Shown here one piece after another: positions 36,298 to 45,502 of a stretch of DNA of 64,000 nt. The position numbers and the translations under genes were made by a program. Within the stretch, counting starts at the first letter, position 1. Each line of letters opens with the position of its first letter. The stretch lies in assembly GCA_965195285.1 (NCBI GenBank), contig CBDAFS010000003.1, positions 8,257 through 72,256 on the forward strand, in the 5' to 3' direction. The notes under the pieces are model-generated. The model was given only the letters and a program-made list of their open reading frames with translations, had not been told where the DNA came from and ran no database searches. This DNA is from an uncultured Aminicenantes bacterium. GTDB taxonomy: Bacteria; Acidobacteriota; Aminicenantia; UBA2199.

Positions 36298-37437
36298 TCA
36301 ATGGAACCATTTTAATATTTGTTGTTCATATTCAATTCCCAGATGTTTTTTGACTGCATATATCTCCGCATACAAAATCTCTTCCAATCCTTTGACGAAC
36401 TCCCCGATATACTGTTCAAAATCATAATACCACACCGATTTCAGAATGGGCGTTTTCTGTATACTACCATCTGTCCCTAATGTCACTTTTTTTAAAAAAA
36501 ATGGGAGTTTTTCCACAACATCCTCAATGGATTTTGAAAGTATGGACAGGGCTATGGGCCCGATTTCCTTTGATAGGATCTTATATATCATTTCATATTT
36601 CAAATTGAAATATCCCAGGGCTTCATCAAAAGATACAAATGTACTGATGGAAATCACCCCCGCTTCTTCGGAATAGACTGACTTTTTTTTCCCTGAGGGG
36701 TCAAATCGCCTCTTTACAGGTAACTCGGCCTTTTCACTGGAAATGATCTCCAGAACCAGAAACATTAACAGTATCCTCAGGGTATCAAATTTCAGCAGCT
36801 CACTCATTTTTAAGATATCCTTGATCCTGGATTCCTTCTCTACCAGTTGAAGAATATGAAGTTCATAGGGTTTCAGCTCCAGCCCCCGGGCTGCATCCGG
36901 ATTATATAGAAACAAATGGTTGATATTTTCCAGTTTCTTAAATAGAACTTCTTCATCTTCAAAATCCCTCATACCCTCCACAATAATGGATAAAATATCA
37001 ACATCCAGGACAATGTTCTCATTGAATTCATTTTTTTCCGTCTTGATCCGGTATTCGGCATCCCCCACCTGAAAAAATGAAAAAAGCAGACACTTCAAGT
37101 GACTCTGAATGGCCTTCCAGAAGTGGTCATTACTCAGAAAGTCGAGTTCCAGTAAGGCTCTTCCAAAGCGAATTTTATTCTTTTTCATCCGCGCAGAGGC
37201 TTTCTTGGCCGTGCCCTCATCTATGATTTTTTCTCTTATCAGGTATTGTCCCAGTGTATTGTCCTCTGATCCCGAACTGGCAAAGACAATTTTACGATTT
37301 TCGACGATAATGGTGCTGATCCGGGCTTCATGATGGAGCTCGAGGGTACCTGAAATGGATTTTTTATACATGCCATATAAAATGGAGGGAAAGTCCAGAG
37401 CCTTCATCTCTCCTGAAAGTGAAAAAACGTTTTCCAT
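36298..37437 (-). CDS. DUF4388 (PatA-N-like) domain protein
   Basis: LSGEMKALDFPSIL, SGTLEL, IVFASS, LGQYLI, RFGRALLEL. Confidence 0.7.
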   Translation of the reverse strand: MENVFSLSGEMKALDFPSILYGMYKKSISGTLELHHEARISTIIVENRKIVFASSGSEDNTLGQYLIREKIIDEGTAKKASARMKKNKIRFGRALLELDFLSNDHFWKAIQSHLKCLLFSFFQVGDAEYRIKTEKNEFNENIVLDVDILSIIVEGMRDFEDEEVLFKKLENINHLFLYNPDAARGLELKPYELHILQLVEKESRIKDILKMSELLKFDTLRILLMFLVLEIISSEKAELPVKRRFDPSGKKKSVYSEEAGVISISTFVSFDEALGYFNLKYEMIYKILSKEIGPIALSILSKSIEDVVEKLPFFLKKVTLGTDGSIQKTPILKSVWYYDFEQYIGEFVKGLEEILYAEIYAVKKHLGIEYEQQILKWFH

Positions 37438-38912
37438 TAAAATATCATTGATAGTTCAAGTTGCTTTGACTTGTTGCTATCCCTTTCCACCTGGATCTGG
37501 TCCAGAATTTCTTTGGTTACATCACCGGTTGGATAAACACCTGAAAAACAGGCCTTGCAGAATGACTTGATGGATTTATTTTCTTCCCGGACCGCTTGCT
37601 CCATATCTTTGATATCCTGATATATCACCGTATCGGCATGAATCTTCAAGGCCACCTGAGCCGGGGTTGAATTCCTGGCAATAAATTCGCTTTTGGTCTG
37701 CATATCAATCCCATAGACACATGGACTGACCAGCGGTGCCGAGTAAGAGGCAAAATAAACCTTGGAGGCCCCCGCATCACGAACAATCTGGATGATGGAT
37801 CTGGAGGTGTTTCCCCTGACAATGGAATCATCCACAAGCAGGACTTTCTTGCCCTCAAACACACTGGCGATAGGACTCAATTTCTGGCTGATGGACTTTT
37901 TACGAATCTTATCGCCGGGCATGATAAAGGTTCTGCCGATATATCGATTTTTAACCAGCCCCTCCCGATAGGTCTTCTTTAAGATGCGCGCAATTTCAAT
38001 GGCTGCTGCCCGGGCTGAATCCGGTATGGGAACCACCACATCAATATCAATATTGGCCATTTTTATCTTTTTTGCCAAACGATTTCCCAGCATGACCCTG
38101 GCTTGATACACATTGATTTTGTTGAGAATTGAATCCGGACGGGCAAAATAGATATATTCAAAGATACAGGGCCTGAAAGGCTTCCGGGCTATTTTTTTTT
38201 CAAATACATTTTTTCTTTGATCGATGAATATGGCGGAGCCGTGTTCTACATCACGAATATTCCTGAATCCGATTGAATCCAGTGAAACACTTTCCGAGGC
38301 AAAGGCAAAAGAATTAACCAGTTTATCTTTTTTAATACCAAACAGCAACGGCCTCAATCCGAAGGGATCCCGAAACCCAACCATTCCGATTCCGGCAATG
38401 TACAGAACCACGGAATAACTGCCCTTAACCCTCCTGAATACATAACGCACGGCATTGAATATGAGTTCGGGCGAAATATGCTGGGAATGGAACTTTTCAA
38501 GGTATTCGGCAAAGACATGCAGGATCACCTCCACATCACAATTGGAATTGATAATCTTATGCGATTTTTCAAACAATTCCTTTTTCAGCTGCAAGAAATT
38601 GGTCACATTTCCGTTATGGGCACCACAAATTCCAAATGGAAAACTGATCCAGAAAGGCTGAGCATCTTCCACCGAACCTTCGCCAACCGTGGGATAACGG
38701 GTGTGGCCGATACCTATATTGCCCTTCAAGCGGGTGATATTGGTGCCGTCAAAAATATCTTTAACCAGACCATTCCCCCTTTTCAGATGGAAACGGCCAT
38801 CGTAAGTGAGAATTCCGGCTGAATCCTGACCTCGATGCTGAAGGGTCATCATAGCCGTATACACTTTGGCAACAACCTCTTCGTTATCAAATAATCCAAT
38901 CACACCACACAT
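37437..38912 (-). CDS. purF: Amidophosphoribosyltransferase
   Basis: Start MCGVIG (catalytic Cys), LQHRGQDSAG, GHTRY, HNGN, VDDSIVRGNT. Confidence 0.95.
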   Translation of the reverse strand: MCGVIGLFDNEEVVAKVYTAMMTLQHRGQDSAGILTYDGRFHLKRGNGLVKDIFDGTNITRLKGNIGIGHTRYPTVGEGSVEDAQPFWISFPFGICGAHNGNVTNFLQLKKELFEKSHKIINSNCDVEVILHVFAEYLEKFHSQHISPELIFNAVRYVFRRVKGSYSVVLYIAGIGMVGFRDPFGLRPLLFGIKKDKLVNSFAFASESVSLDSIGFRNIRDVEHGSAIFIDQRKNVFEKKIARKPFRPCIFEYIYFARPDSILNKINVYQARVMLGNRLAKKIKMANIDIDVVVPIPDSARAAAIEIARILKKTYREGLVKNRYIGRTFIMPGDKIRKKSISQKLSPIASVFEGKKVLLVDDSIVRGNTSRSIIQIVRDAGASKVYFASYSAPLVSPCVYGIDMQTKSEFIARNSTPAQVALKIHADTVIYQDIKDMEQAVREENKSIKSFCKACFSGVYPTGDVTKEILDQIQVERDSNKSKQLELSMIF

Positions 38913-39113
38913 GAAATGCCCTTTATACCATAATTGTTTATATCCTGAATCACAAAAAATGTCAATATTGTAATTCACAACCCCCGTCCCCTACTTAGTT
39001 GATTTCTTATCATTTTTCCTATAGTATCTTCATGAGAGTTAAGTAATTTCAATACTAATTTAATATTAATTATAAAAATAGTTATATGGCCTTATTTCAC
39101 TTTACAAATTAAA

Positions 39114-40214
39114 ATGATATTAAAAGAAAAATATGCTGTAATCGGAGCCGGATGCGGTGGGCAGGCTATAACAGGCTATCTTGCATCCATAGGCGTTGAT
39201 GTGACTTTATATAACAGGTCAAGTGACAGGATCAGACCTTTACAAAAAGAATGTTATATTGATCTGGAAGGCACCATGAAAGGGAGAGGTAAATCGCATT
39301 ATATTGGTACGGATATTTCTAGAGCTCTTGCAGGGAGAAATATTATCATGGTTGTTATAACAGCAGATGGACACAAAGAGATTGCTCAAAAGATTGCTCC
39401 ATATTTAAGTGATGGCCAGATAATCATTCTTAATCCAGGAAGGACATGTGGTGTTCTGGAATTTGATTATACACTTAGAAAATGTTGTTGTAAAGCTGAT
39501 GTTGTAGTCGCAGAAGCTAATACTTTAGTGTTTACAGTAAGAGTAAAAACTCCTGGGATTGCAACAATAAAAGGTGTAAAAAGAGAGGTTTCTGTTTCAG
39601 CATTAAATGCTAAGGATACAGCAAACCTAATTGGCAGAATTCATTCTACTTTTCCTCAATTTGTTGCTGCGACCTCTTTTTTAGAGACAAGTTTTGGTAA
39701 TATAGGAGCAATATTTCATCCTGCAATTACATTGTTGAATAAGGACAGGATTTTATCAAAGGAGACATTTGATTTCTACATAGAAGGAGTTACGAAAAAA
39801 GTTGCTGATCTTATTGAAAAAGTTGATTATGAAGCACAAAATGTAGCAAAAGCATTAGGGACAAAGTCATTGTCTGCCAGAGACTGGCTAAGTTCCAGGT
39901 ATGATCTGGAACTTTTTGATTTCTTTACCATGATAAAATCAAACCCAACCTATTATGGAATAAAGGCACCGACATCATTAAACCACAGGTACTTATGGGA
40001 AGACATTCCTACAGGACTTGTACCTATATCCTCATTTGGAAGCGCACTCGGTGTTTCAACAGAGGCGATTAATTTTCTGATTGATGAGGGTTGTAATATT
40101 TTGCAGAGAAATTTTTGGGAAGAAGGAAGAACACCTGAAAAATTGGGTTTATCTAGAGAAAATATTTTGTCAGACCTGGAAAAAATAATTGATTATAAAA
40201 AAGAGATAGCATAA
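39114..40214 (+). CDS. NAD(P)-dependent opine (octopine/nopaline) dehydrogenase family protein
   Basis: Rossmann GAGCGG; NPGR; EANT; NIGAIFHP; FYIEG; HRYLWEDIPTGL. Confidence 0.88.
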   Translation: MILKEKYAVIGAGCGGQAITGYLASIGVDVTLYNRSSDRIRPLQKECYIDLEGTMKGRGKSHYIGTDISRALAGRNIIMVVITADGHKEIAQKIAPYLSDGQIIILNPGRTCGVLEFDYTLRKCCCKADVVVAEANTLVFTVRVKTPGIATIKGVKREVSVSALNAKDTANLIGRIHSTFPQFVAATSFLETSFGNIGAIFHPAITLLNKDRILSKETFDFYIEGVTKKVADLIEKVDYEAQNVAKALGTKSLSARDWLSSRYDLELFDFFTMIKSNPTYYGIKAPTSLNHRYLWEDIPTGLVPISSFGSALGVSTEAINFLIDEGCNILQRNFWEEGRTPEKLGLSRENILSDLEKIIDYKKEIA

Positions 40215-40276
40215 ATTATTGATTTTTTAGTTAATCTGGTACTCTAAGATAATACTTTCAGATTTATAGATAAAAA

Positions 40277-42142
40277 ATGACTAATCAAATAACATTCTCT
40301 GATATAATAGGTCTGGCTAAGACAGGATTAGATGTTCATACTCTTGGATTATCATCTATTAATGAAATATTACGAGAATGCGGATTTAAAACAATAGTAA
40401 CAGATTCGATTGTTTCAAAAGCTTTTTCAGAACCGAGAGAACTTAACAATTTTATGTTAATAGAGAAATGGATTTGTGAGAATAAAATTACTGTTTTAGG
40501 ATTTAGTTACAGACTGGATATTGACGATGGTGTATTGCTATTTAAGAGACTCATGAATCAACTTGAGAAGAAAAAACTGTTGAAAGTTACCGGGGGGCAT
40601 ATTAAGAAGATTTATTTTGCAGGACTGCCGAAAGCTTGTGACATAATAAAACACATCTTCAGAAGTGAAGTAGGTGTTTTTTACGGTGATGAAACACCTA
40701 TTGAAAGCCTTCAAATTTTAGGGATTGATTCTTCCCTGGCACCCCTGGATATTATTAAGAGACACCACTATGATATTATATTAGAAGAATTTGGAAAAGA
40801 CATTATTCAAAAAGCTGATTATGTGTCAATTGAACCTGTTGACAGGTATTCGTCAAAAAACTTTGGATCAAAAAAAGAAAGACTCGTAGACAGGATAAAG
40901 CATAGCGGGGAAAACAACCTGCCTCCATTAATCAGGACGCATGCAGGTCCATATCAACAGAACAGAGATGAGGCTGTAAATCAATTTGCAGAATGGTCAC
41001 AGCAGCTTGCTAAAAATAGACTATTAGATGTGCTTTCTATAGGGACTTCACAACTATCCCAGGAGAAATTTGGAGAAAACTGGGACGGGTTGCCCAATGG
41101 CGGTGGAGTACCAATAAATTCTCCTGAAGAATATCGTATGATCTATGATGTTTCACGTCCGATGCTTGTCAGGACATATGCGGGGACGAAAAACATAAAG
41201 CAACTTGCCAGGATGTATGAGGATACAATAAATATTGCCTGGCATGCATTATCTTTATGGTGGTTTTCACAGATTGACGGAAGGGGTCCGAATTCAGTTC
41301 TTGATAACCTGAAAGAGCACTTTGATACAATTAGATATATTGCATCGACGGGTAAACCTTATGAAGCAAATGTTTCACATCACTTTGCTTTCAGGTCATC
41401 GGATGATATTAGTTACGTTGTATCTGCAGTCCTGGCAGCCAGAGTGGCAAAAAGAGTGGGAATCAAAGATTTTGTTCTTCAAATTATGTTAAACGATCCG
41501 AAATACACCTGGGGTGTAAATGATCTTGCCAAGGCAAGAGCAACTCTTGAACTTGTAAGGAAGCTTGAAGATGCGGATTTTAGGATATATCTTCAGACAA
41601 GGGCCGGACTGAATTATCTCTCTCACGAAGCAGAAAAAGCAAAGAGTCAGCTTGCTGCTGTCACTGCTTTAATGGATGATATTGAACCATTTAATATACA
41701 TAGCCCAAGTATTATTCATGTGGTTGGTTATTCCGAAGGAAGTCATTTAGCTACGCCGCAAATAATAGATGAGAGTATTCGGATTACCAGAAAGGCGCTT
41801 TATTCATATAGGCTTCTGAAAATAAAAGGCAATGTTGATGACATGTCAAGGCATCCAGATATAGAAGAGAGGATGAGTTTTCTTATTCAAGGGGCTAAAA
41901 AGGTATTAAGAACGATTGAGTACTGTATAAAGAATCCATATACGTCACAAGGATTATATGACACATTCAAAATGGGTTTTCTTCCTGTGCCCCGGTTACT
42001 GTATTGCAGGGAGGAATTTCCAGAAGCAGTGAGATGGCAAACCAAAATAAGAAATGGCGGTGTTGATATTTATGATAATAATAAAATGATGTCCCCAAAA
42101 GACAGGATGGATTATATTAAAGAAGAGGTTCTACGAAGATGA
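40277..42142 (+). CDS. Cobalamin-binding domain fused to GlmE-like TIM barrel; putative AdoCbl-dependent mutase
   Basis: DVHTLG (DxHxxG), LGFSY, YFAG B12-domain motifs; NGGGVPINSPEEYRMIYDVSRPMLVRTYAGTKNIKQLA resembles the glutamate mutase E NGFP...ARHGT region by eye. Confidence 0.7.
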   Translation: MTNQITFSDIIGLAKTGLDVHTLGLSSINEILRECGFKTIVTDSIVSKAFSEPRELNNFMLIEKWICENKITVLGFSYRLDIDDGVLLFKRLMNQLEKKKLLKVTGGHIKKIYFAGLPKACDIIKHIFRSEVGVFYGDETPIESLQILGIDSSLAPLDIIKRHHYDIILEEFGKDIIQKADYVSIEPVDRYSSKNFGSKKERLVDRIKHSGENNLPPLIRTHAGPYQQNRDEAVNQFAEWSQQLAKNRLLDVLSIGTSQLSQEKFGENWDGLPNGGGVPINSPEEYRMIYDVSRPMLVRTYAGTKNIKQLARMYEDTINIAWHALSLWWFSQIDGRGPNSVLDNLKEHFDTIRYIASTGKPYEANVSHHFAFRSSDDISYVVSAVLAARVAKRVGIKDFVLQIMLNDPKYTWGVNDLAKARATLELVRKLEDADFRIYLQTRAGLNYLSHEAEKAKSQLAAVTALMDDIEPFNIHSPSIIHVVGYSEGSHLATPQIIDESIRITRKALYSYRLLKIKGNVDDMSRHPDIEERMSFLIQGAKKVLRTIEYCIKNPYTSQGLYDTFKMGFLPVPRLLYCREEFPEAVRWQTKIRNGGVDIYDNNKMMSPKDRMDYIKEEVLRR

Positions 42143-43125
42143 AAAAATTTAAGATAGGTTTACTAAATAAAAAAAGGGGAAATTTCAGGTTGCAGGAAAA
42201 GTTTTCAGATTCTGAAGATGTTGTTGATGAGACATACAAAGAAATTGCCCATCACTATGAAGCTTTGAATAATGGAGACTATGATGTTTATACAATAGTA
42301 TGGGGACCGGAATTTATTAACGATTTGAGGAGGTTAAAAGTTGATCTTATTTTTAATGTTTCAAGTATGGTAGAAGCAGCGATACTGGAAGAGTTAGAAA
42401 TCCCTTATGTTGGTTCCGATACTTTCACAATAGCACTTGCAACGGATAAATCTTTGGCAAAAAGGATGTGGCAGAATGCAGGTTTACCGACATCTCCTTT
42501 CCATGTAGCCAGGACTGAAGCCGACTGCCAGATTTTCAAGGAGAACCCTCCTTTTGACTATCCACTTTTTATTAAGCCTTTGGCAGGTAGAGGCAGTGCC
42601 GGGATAACCAGGGAATCTGTCGTTAAAAACTATGACCAGTTAGTAAAAGGTGTACTGGAAAGATATAGAGCCATTGGGCAGCCGGTTCTGATTGAGAGAT
42701 TCCTGAAAGGTAGGGAAATAACATTCGGTATTTTAAATAATGATGAAGATATAAGGTCACTCCCACCTTTAGAGGTTGCTTATCGTGAAGGTGATATTAC
42801 CCTGACGTTTGAGAAGAAAGAAATGGATAATGATAATTTTTTCTGTCCGGCAAGACTAACAGATGAAGAGACATCGGATATGCAATCGCTGGCAATTAAG
42901 GCTTACAAAGTACTGGGTTTCAGGGATTATGGAAGGATTGATACCATATTAACAGAAGACGGCCCCTTTCTTCTTGAAGGAAATACTTTTGCAGGTTTAA
43001 TGTGTACACCTGAAGAAAAACCTCATAGTTATATAGGATTTATGGCTGTTGCAGAAGGAAAAGGCGGCGAGGAGTTGCTTGATGAAATAATACAGGGTGC
43101 AGTAAAGAGGTATAATTTAAAATAG
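42139..43125 (+). CDS. ATP-grasp ligase (D-Ala-D-Ala ligase-like fold)
   Basis: IPYVGS, DKSLAK, YPLFIKP..GRGSAGI, LIERFLKGREIT, YGRIDT, LEGNTFAG; ATGA overlap with upstream gene. Confidence 0.85.
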   Translation: MKKFKIGLLNKKRGNFRLQEKFSDSEDVVDETYKEIAHHYEALNNGDYDVYTIVWGPEFINDLRRLKVDLIFNVSSMVEAAILEELEIPYVGSDTFTIALATDKSLAKRMWQNAGLPTSPFHVARTEADCQIFKENPPFDYPLFIKPLAGRGSAGITRESVVKNYDQLVKGVLERYRAIGQPVLIERFLKGREITFGILNNDEDIRSLPPLEVAYREGDITLTFEKKEMDNDNFFCPARLTDEETSDMQSLAIKAYKVLGFRDYGRIDTILTEDGPFLLEGNTFAGLMCTPEEKPHSYIGFMAVAEGKGGEELLDEIIQGAVKRYNLK

Positions 43126-43185
43126 ACAATTTGGCATGTCAGTACCCAGGATTGAGATCAATCTAAAAAAAATACAATGGTTAAA

Positions 43186-43256
43186 TGGAGCCAAGCGGAG
43201 TCGAACCGCCATCTTAGCCTTGCGAAGGCTATGTTCTCCCATTAAACTATGGCCCC
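43186..43256 (-). tRNA. tRNA-Ala(CGC), short atypical body
   Basis: GGGGCCATAGTTTAATGGGAGAACATAGCCTT-CGC-AAGGCTAAGATGGCGGTTCGACTCCGCTTGGCTCCA; G3:U70 and A73; 71 nt; CCA not encoded. Confidence 0.9.
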
Positions 43257-43280
43257 AATAAAGTTTTTTTATGCCGCGGG

Positions 43281-44291
43281 TCAAAAAGGATCGCAACTCT
43301 GAATCAAACCACTCACTTCATTCCATTTTTGATCATTCATTTTTGCCCCGATCACCTCAACCACTTTTCCACCCACACAGGCTCCCATTTTTCCGGATAT
43401 CTCCACCGAATAACCATTCATGAGACCGTACATAAAACCCGCCGCATACAGATCACCCGCTCCGGTGGTATCAAGGGCCTGAATTGAAATCGGCTCTATT
43501 CGGTATTGTTGGGATTCATGCTGGATGAAAGATCCACTTTCCCCGCATTTTACCACCGCAATCCTGCACTGTTTGGCAATTTCCCTCAGGGCTTCCCGGG
43601 GATTTTCTTTTCCGGTGAAAGTCCGGGCTTCATCTTCATTGGCCAGTACAATATCCACATATTTACCCACTATATAATCAAGATATTCCCTGTTTTCCTC
43701 AACCGTGCCAAAACTCGAAAAATCCATGACAATTTCAAGCCCGGCATCTTTGGATGATTGAAAAACCTTTTCAAGCATTTCTCGGTAGGGTATCAGATAA
43801 GCTTCAACCAGTAAATAATCATAGTTTTTAAATATATCACCGCCAATATCGCACATGAACAACTCATTGGCAGCTCCCAGATAGGTGGCCATGGTTCTCT
43901 CGGTATCCGTAGAAATCAGAGAAATCGACTTTCCGGTCTCTAACTCGCCTTTAAAGAGATGGGCCTGAATGGAGTTGGAAGCCATATCGGACTGAAAAAA
44001 ACTGCCAAACTCATCATTGCCGATGGTTCCGATAAAGCCGACCGGTACTCCCAGTCGAGCCAAACCGCTAACCGTATTGGCAGAAGATCCGCCACTGGAT
44101 TTATGATGCTCCAAATGGGCGGTTTTTTCCAGTATGTGCCTTACTTTTTCTTTTTCAATCAGGGTCATTCCCCCCTTGGATAATCCCAATTCATCCAAAA
44201 GGCTGTCATCATCAATTTGAATCAGGATATCCACCAGGGCATTTCCGATTCCCAGTAACCGTTTCCGGTTATCTTTCTGCCCGGGATTCAT
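43281..44291 (-). CDS. PfkB-family carbohydrate/adenosine kinase
   Basis: GIGNALVD, SGGSSANT, ANEDEA, DTTGAGDLYAAGF. Confidence 0.9.
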   Translation of the reverse strand: MNPGQKDNRKRLLGIGNALVDILIQIDDDSLLDELGLSKGGMTLIEKEKVRHILEKTAHLEHHKSSGGSSANTVSGLARLGVPVGFIGTIGNDEFGSFFQSDMASNSIQAHLFKGELETGKSISLISTDTERTMATYLGAANELFMCDIGGDIFKNYDYLLVEAYLIPYREMLEKVFQSSKDAGLEIVMDFSSFGTVEENREYLDYIVGKYVDIVLANEDEARTFTGKENPREALREIAKQCRIAVVKCGESGSFIQHESQQYRIEPISIQALDTTGAGDLYAAGFMYGLMNGYSVEISGKMGACVGGKVVEVIGAKMNDQKWNEVSGLIQSCDPF

Positions 44292-44656
44292 AGTTTTCCA
44301 TTCACGATTTTTTCAATTTGATTGTTATCATTCATGATCAGGACAACCGAATTCAGGGAATTCAATTCCCGTTCATCAATCAGGGCATAGGCAGCGATGA
44401 TGATGGTATCGCCTTTGGAAACCAGGTGGGCAGCAGCTCCATTCAGTACAATATCCTTTGAACCTGCCTGTTCTTGGATCACATAGGTTGCAAAACGGTT
44501 TCCATTTGAAATATTATATACTTCAACTTTCTGAAACTCTCTGAGATTGGCCTTGGTCATGATCTCTTCATCAATACCAATACTTCCGGCATAATCCAGG
44601 TTGGTACCGGTTACCCTGGCTTTATGAATTTTTGAAATCAGAAAGGGTATTAACAT
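44288..44656 (-). CDS. panD: Aspartate 1-decarboxylase
   Basis: SKIHKARVT, YAGSIGID cleavage site, RFATY, LNGAAAH. Confidence 0.95.
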   Translation of the reverse strand: MLIPFLISKIHKARVTGTNLDYAGSIGIDEEIMTKANLREFQKVEVYNISNGNRFATYVIQEQAGSKDIVLNGAAAHLVSKGDTIIIAAYALIDERELNSLNSVVLIMNDNNQIEKIVNGKL

Positions 44657-45502
44657 TTATATTTCTCCTAAAATAAAATTATCAATAAGGCGGGTGTTAC
44701 CCACCCTGATGGCAGCTGCCACCAGGGTGTTTTCCGGATCCACGCTGTCCAGTAGTTCCAGATGATCGAGACTCACTATCTCTATATAATCAATTTTGAT
44801 CAATCGATTCTGTTTCAATATCACCTCTATCTCTTCTTTCAGGGCAGCTGAATCTTCCCGGCTTTCACCAATACGGCTTTGAGCTGTACTCAGTGCAGTG
44901 TGCAGTAAAACGGCTGCTTGCCTTTCCTGATCGGAAAGGTATCTATTTCTGGATGACAGTGCCAGTCCGTCATCATCCCTGATGATGGGCAGCACCTTTA
45001 TATCCAAATCCAGGTCCAGATCCGCTACCATTCTCTTGATGATGATGGCCTGCTGGGCATCCTTTTGACCAAAATAAGCCGTGGTCGGCTGAACCAGGTT
45101 AAACAACTTCAATACCACGGTGGTCACCCCTCTGAAATGGGTCGGGCGGGTTTTACCGCAGAGGACGGTTCCCAATTTTTTTACTTCAATAAAGGTGGCA
45201 TAATTCGCCCCGTACATTTGATCCGAGCCCGGGGAAAAAATACAATCCACTGACCGGGCTTCCAATAGTTGTCGATCTTGTGGAAAATCGCGGGGGTATC
45301 GATCCAGATCCTCTTCGGGACCAAACTGGGTGGGATTCACAAATATGGAAACAATAGTAGCCTGATTTTCTTCAAGGCTTTTGTCGATCAGGCTGAGATG
45401 CCCGTCATGTAGATAACCCATGGTGGGGACAAAACCGATTTTCTTCCGATTTAATGCCCGGCGGTATTGTCTGAATTCATCAATTTGAGAAATGATTTTC
45501 AT
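44657..45502 (-). CDS. panC: Pantoate--beta-alanine ligase
   Basis: FVPTMGYLHDGH, SIFVNPTQF, FGQKDAQQ, LALSSRN, RLIDN. Confidence 0.95.
   Translation of the reverse strand: MKIISQIDEFRQYRRALNRKKIGFVPTMGYLHDGHLSLIDKSLEENQATIVSIFVNPTQFGPEEDLDRYPRDFPQDRQLLEARSVDCIFSPGSDQMYGANYATFIEVKKLGTVLCGKTRPTHFRGVTTVVLKLFNLVQPTTAYFGQKDAQQAIIIKRMVADLDLDLDIKVLPIIRDDDGLALSSRNRYLSDQERQAAVLLHTALSTAQSRIGESREDSAALKEEIEVILKQNRLIKIDYIEIVSLDHLELLDSVDPENTLVAAAIRVGNTRLIDNFILGEI

Noticed and set aside
38940-39113. Duplicated tRNA-Ala 3' end marking the far boundary of the islet
   Set aside because: No copy of the TGGAGCCAAGCGGAG sequence seen here and no integrase nearby, so tRNA-targeted integration is unproven
42139-43125. 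Housekeeping ddl (D-Ala-D-Ala ligase)
   Set aside because: Lacks the N-terminal GG.S.E.EVS and LHG..GEDG motifs and the omega-loop YxxKY; not in a cell-wall gene cluster
39114-43256. Literal pyrrolysine or genetic-code-expansion cassette
   Set aside because: The tRNA anticodon is CGC with Ala identity, not CUA; no aminoacyl-tRNA synthetase or radical-SAM PylB is present; no in-frame stop readthrough is evident. Only the enzymatic logic is analogous.
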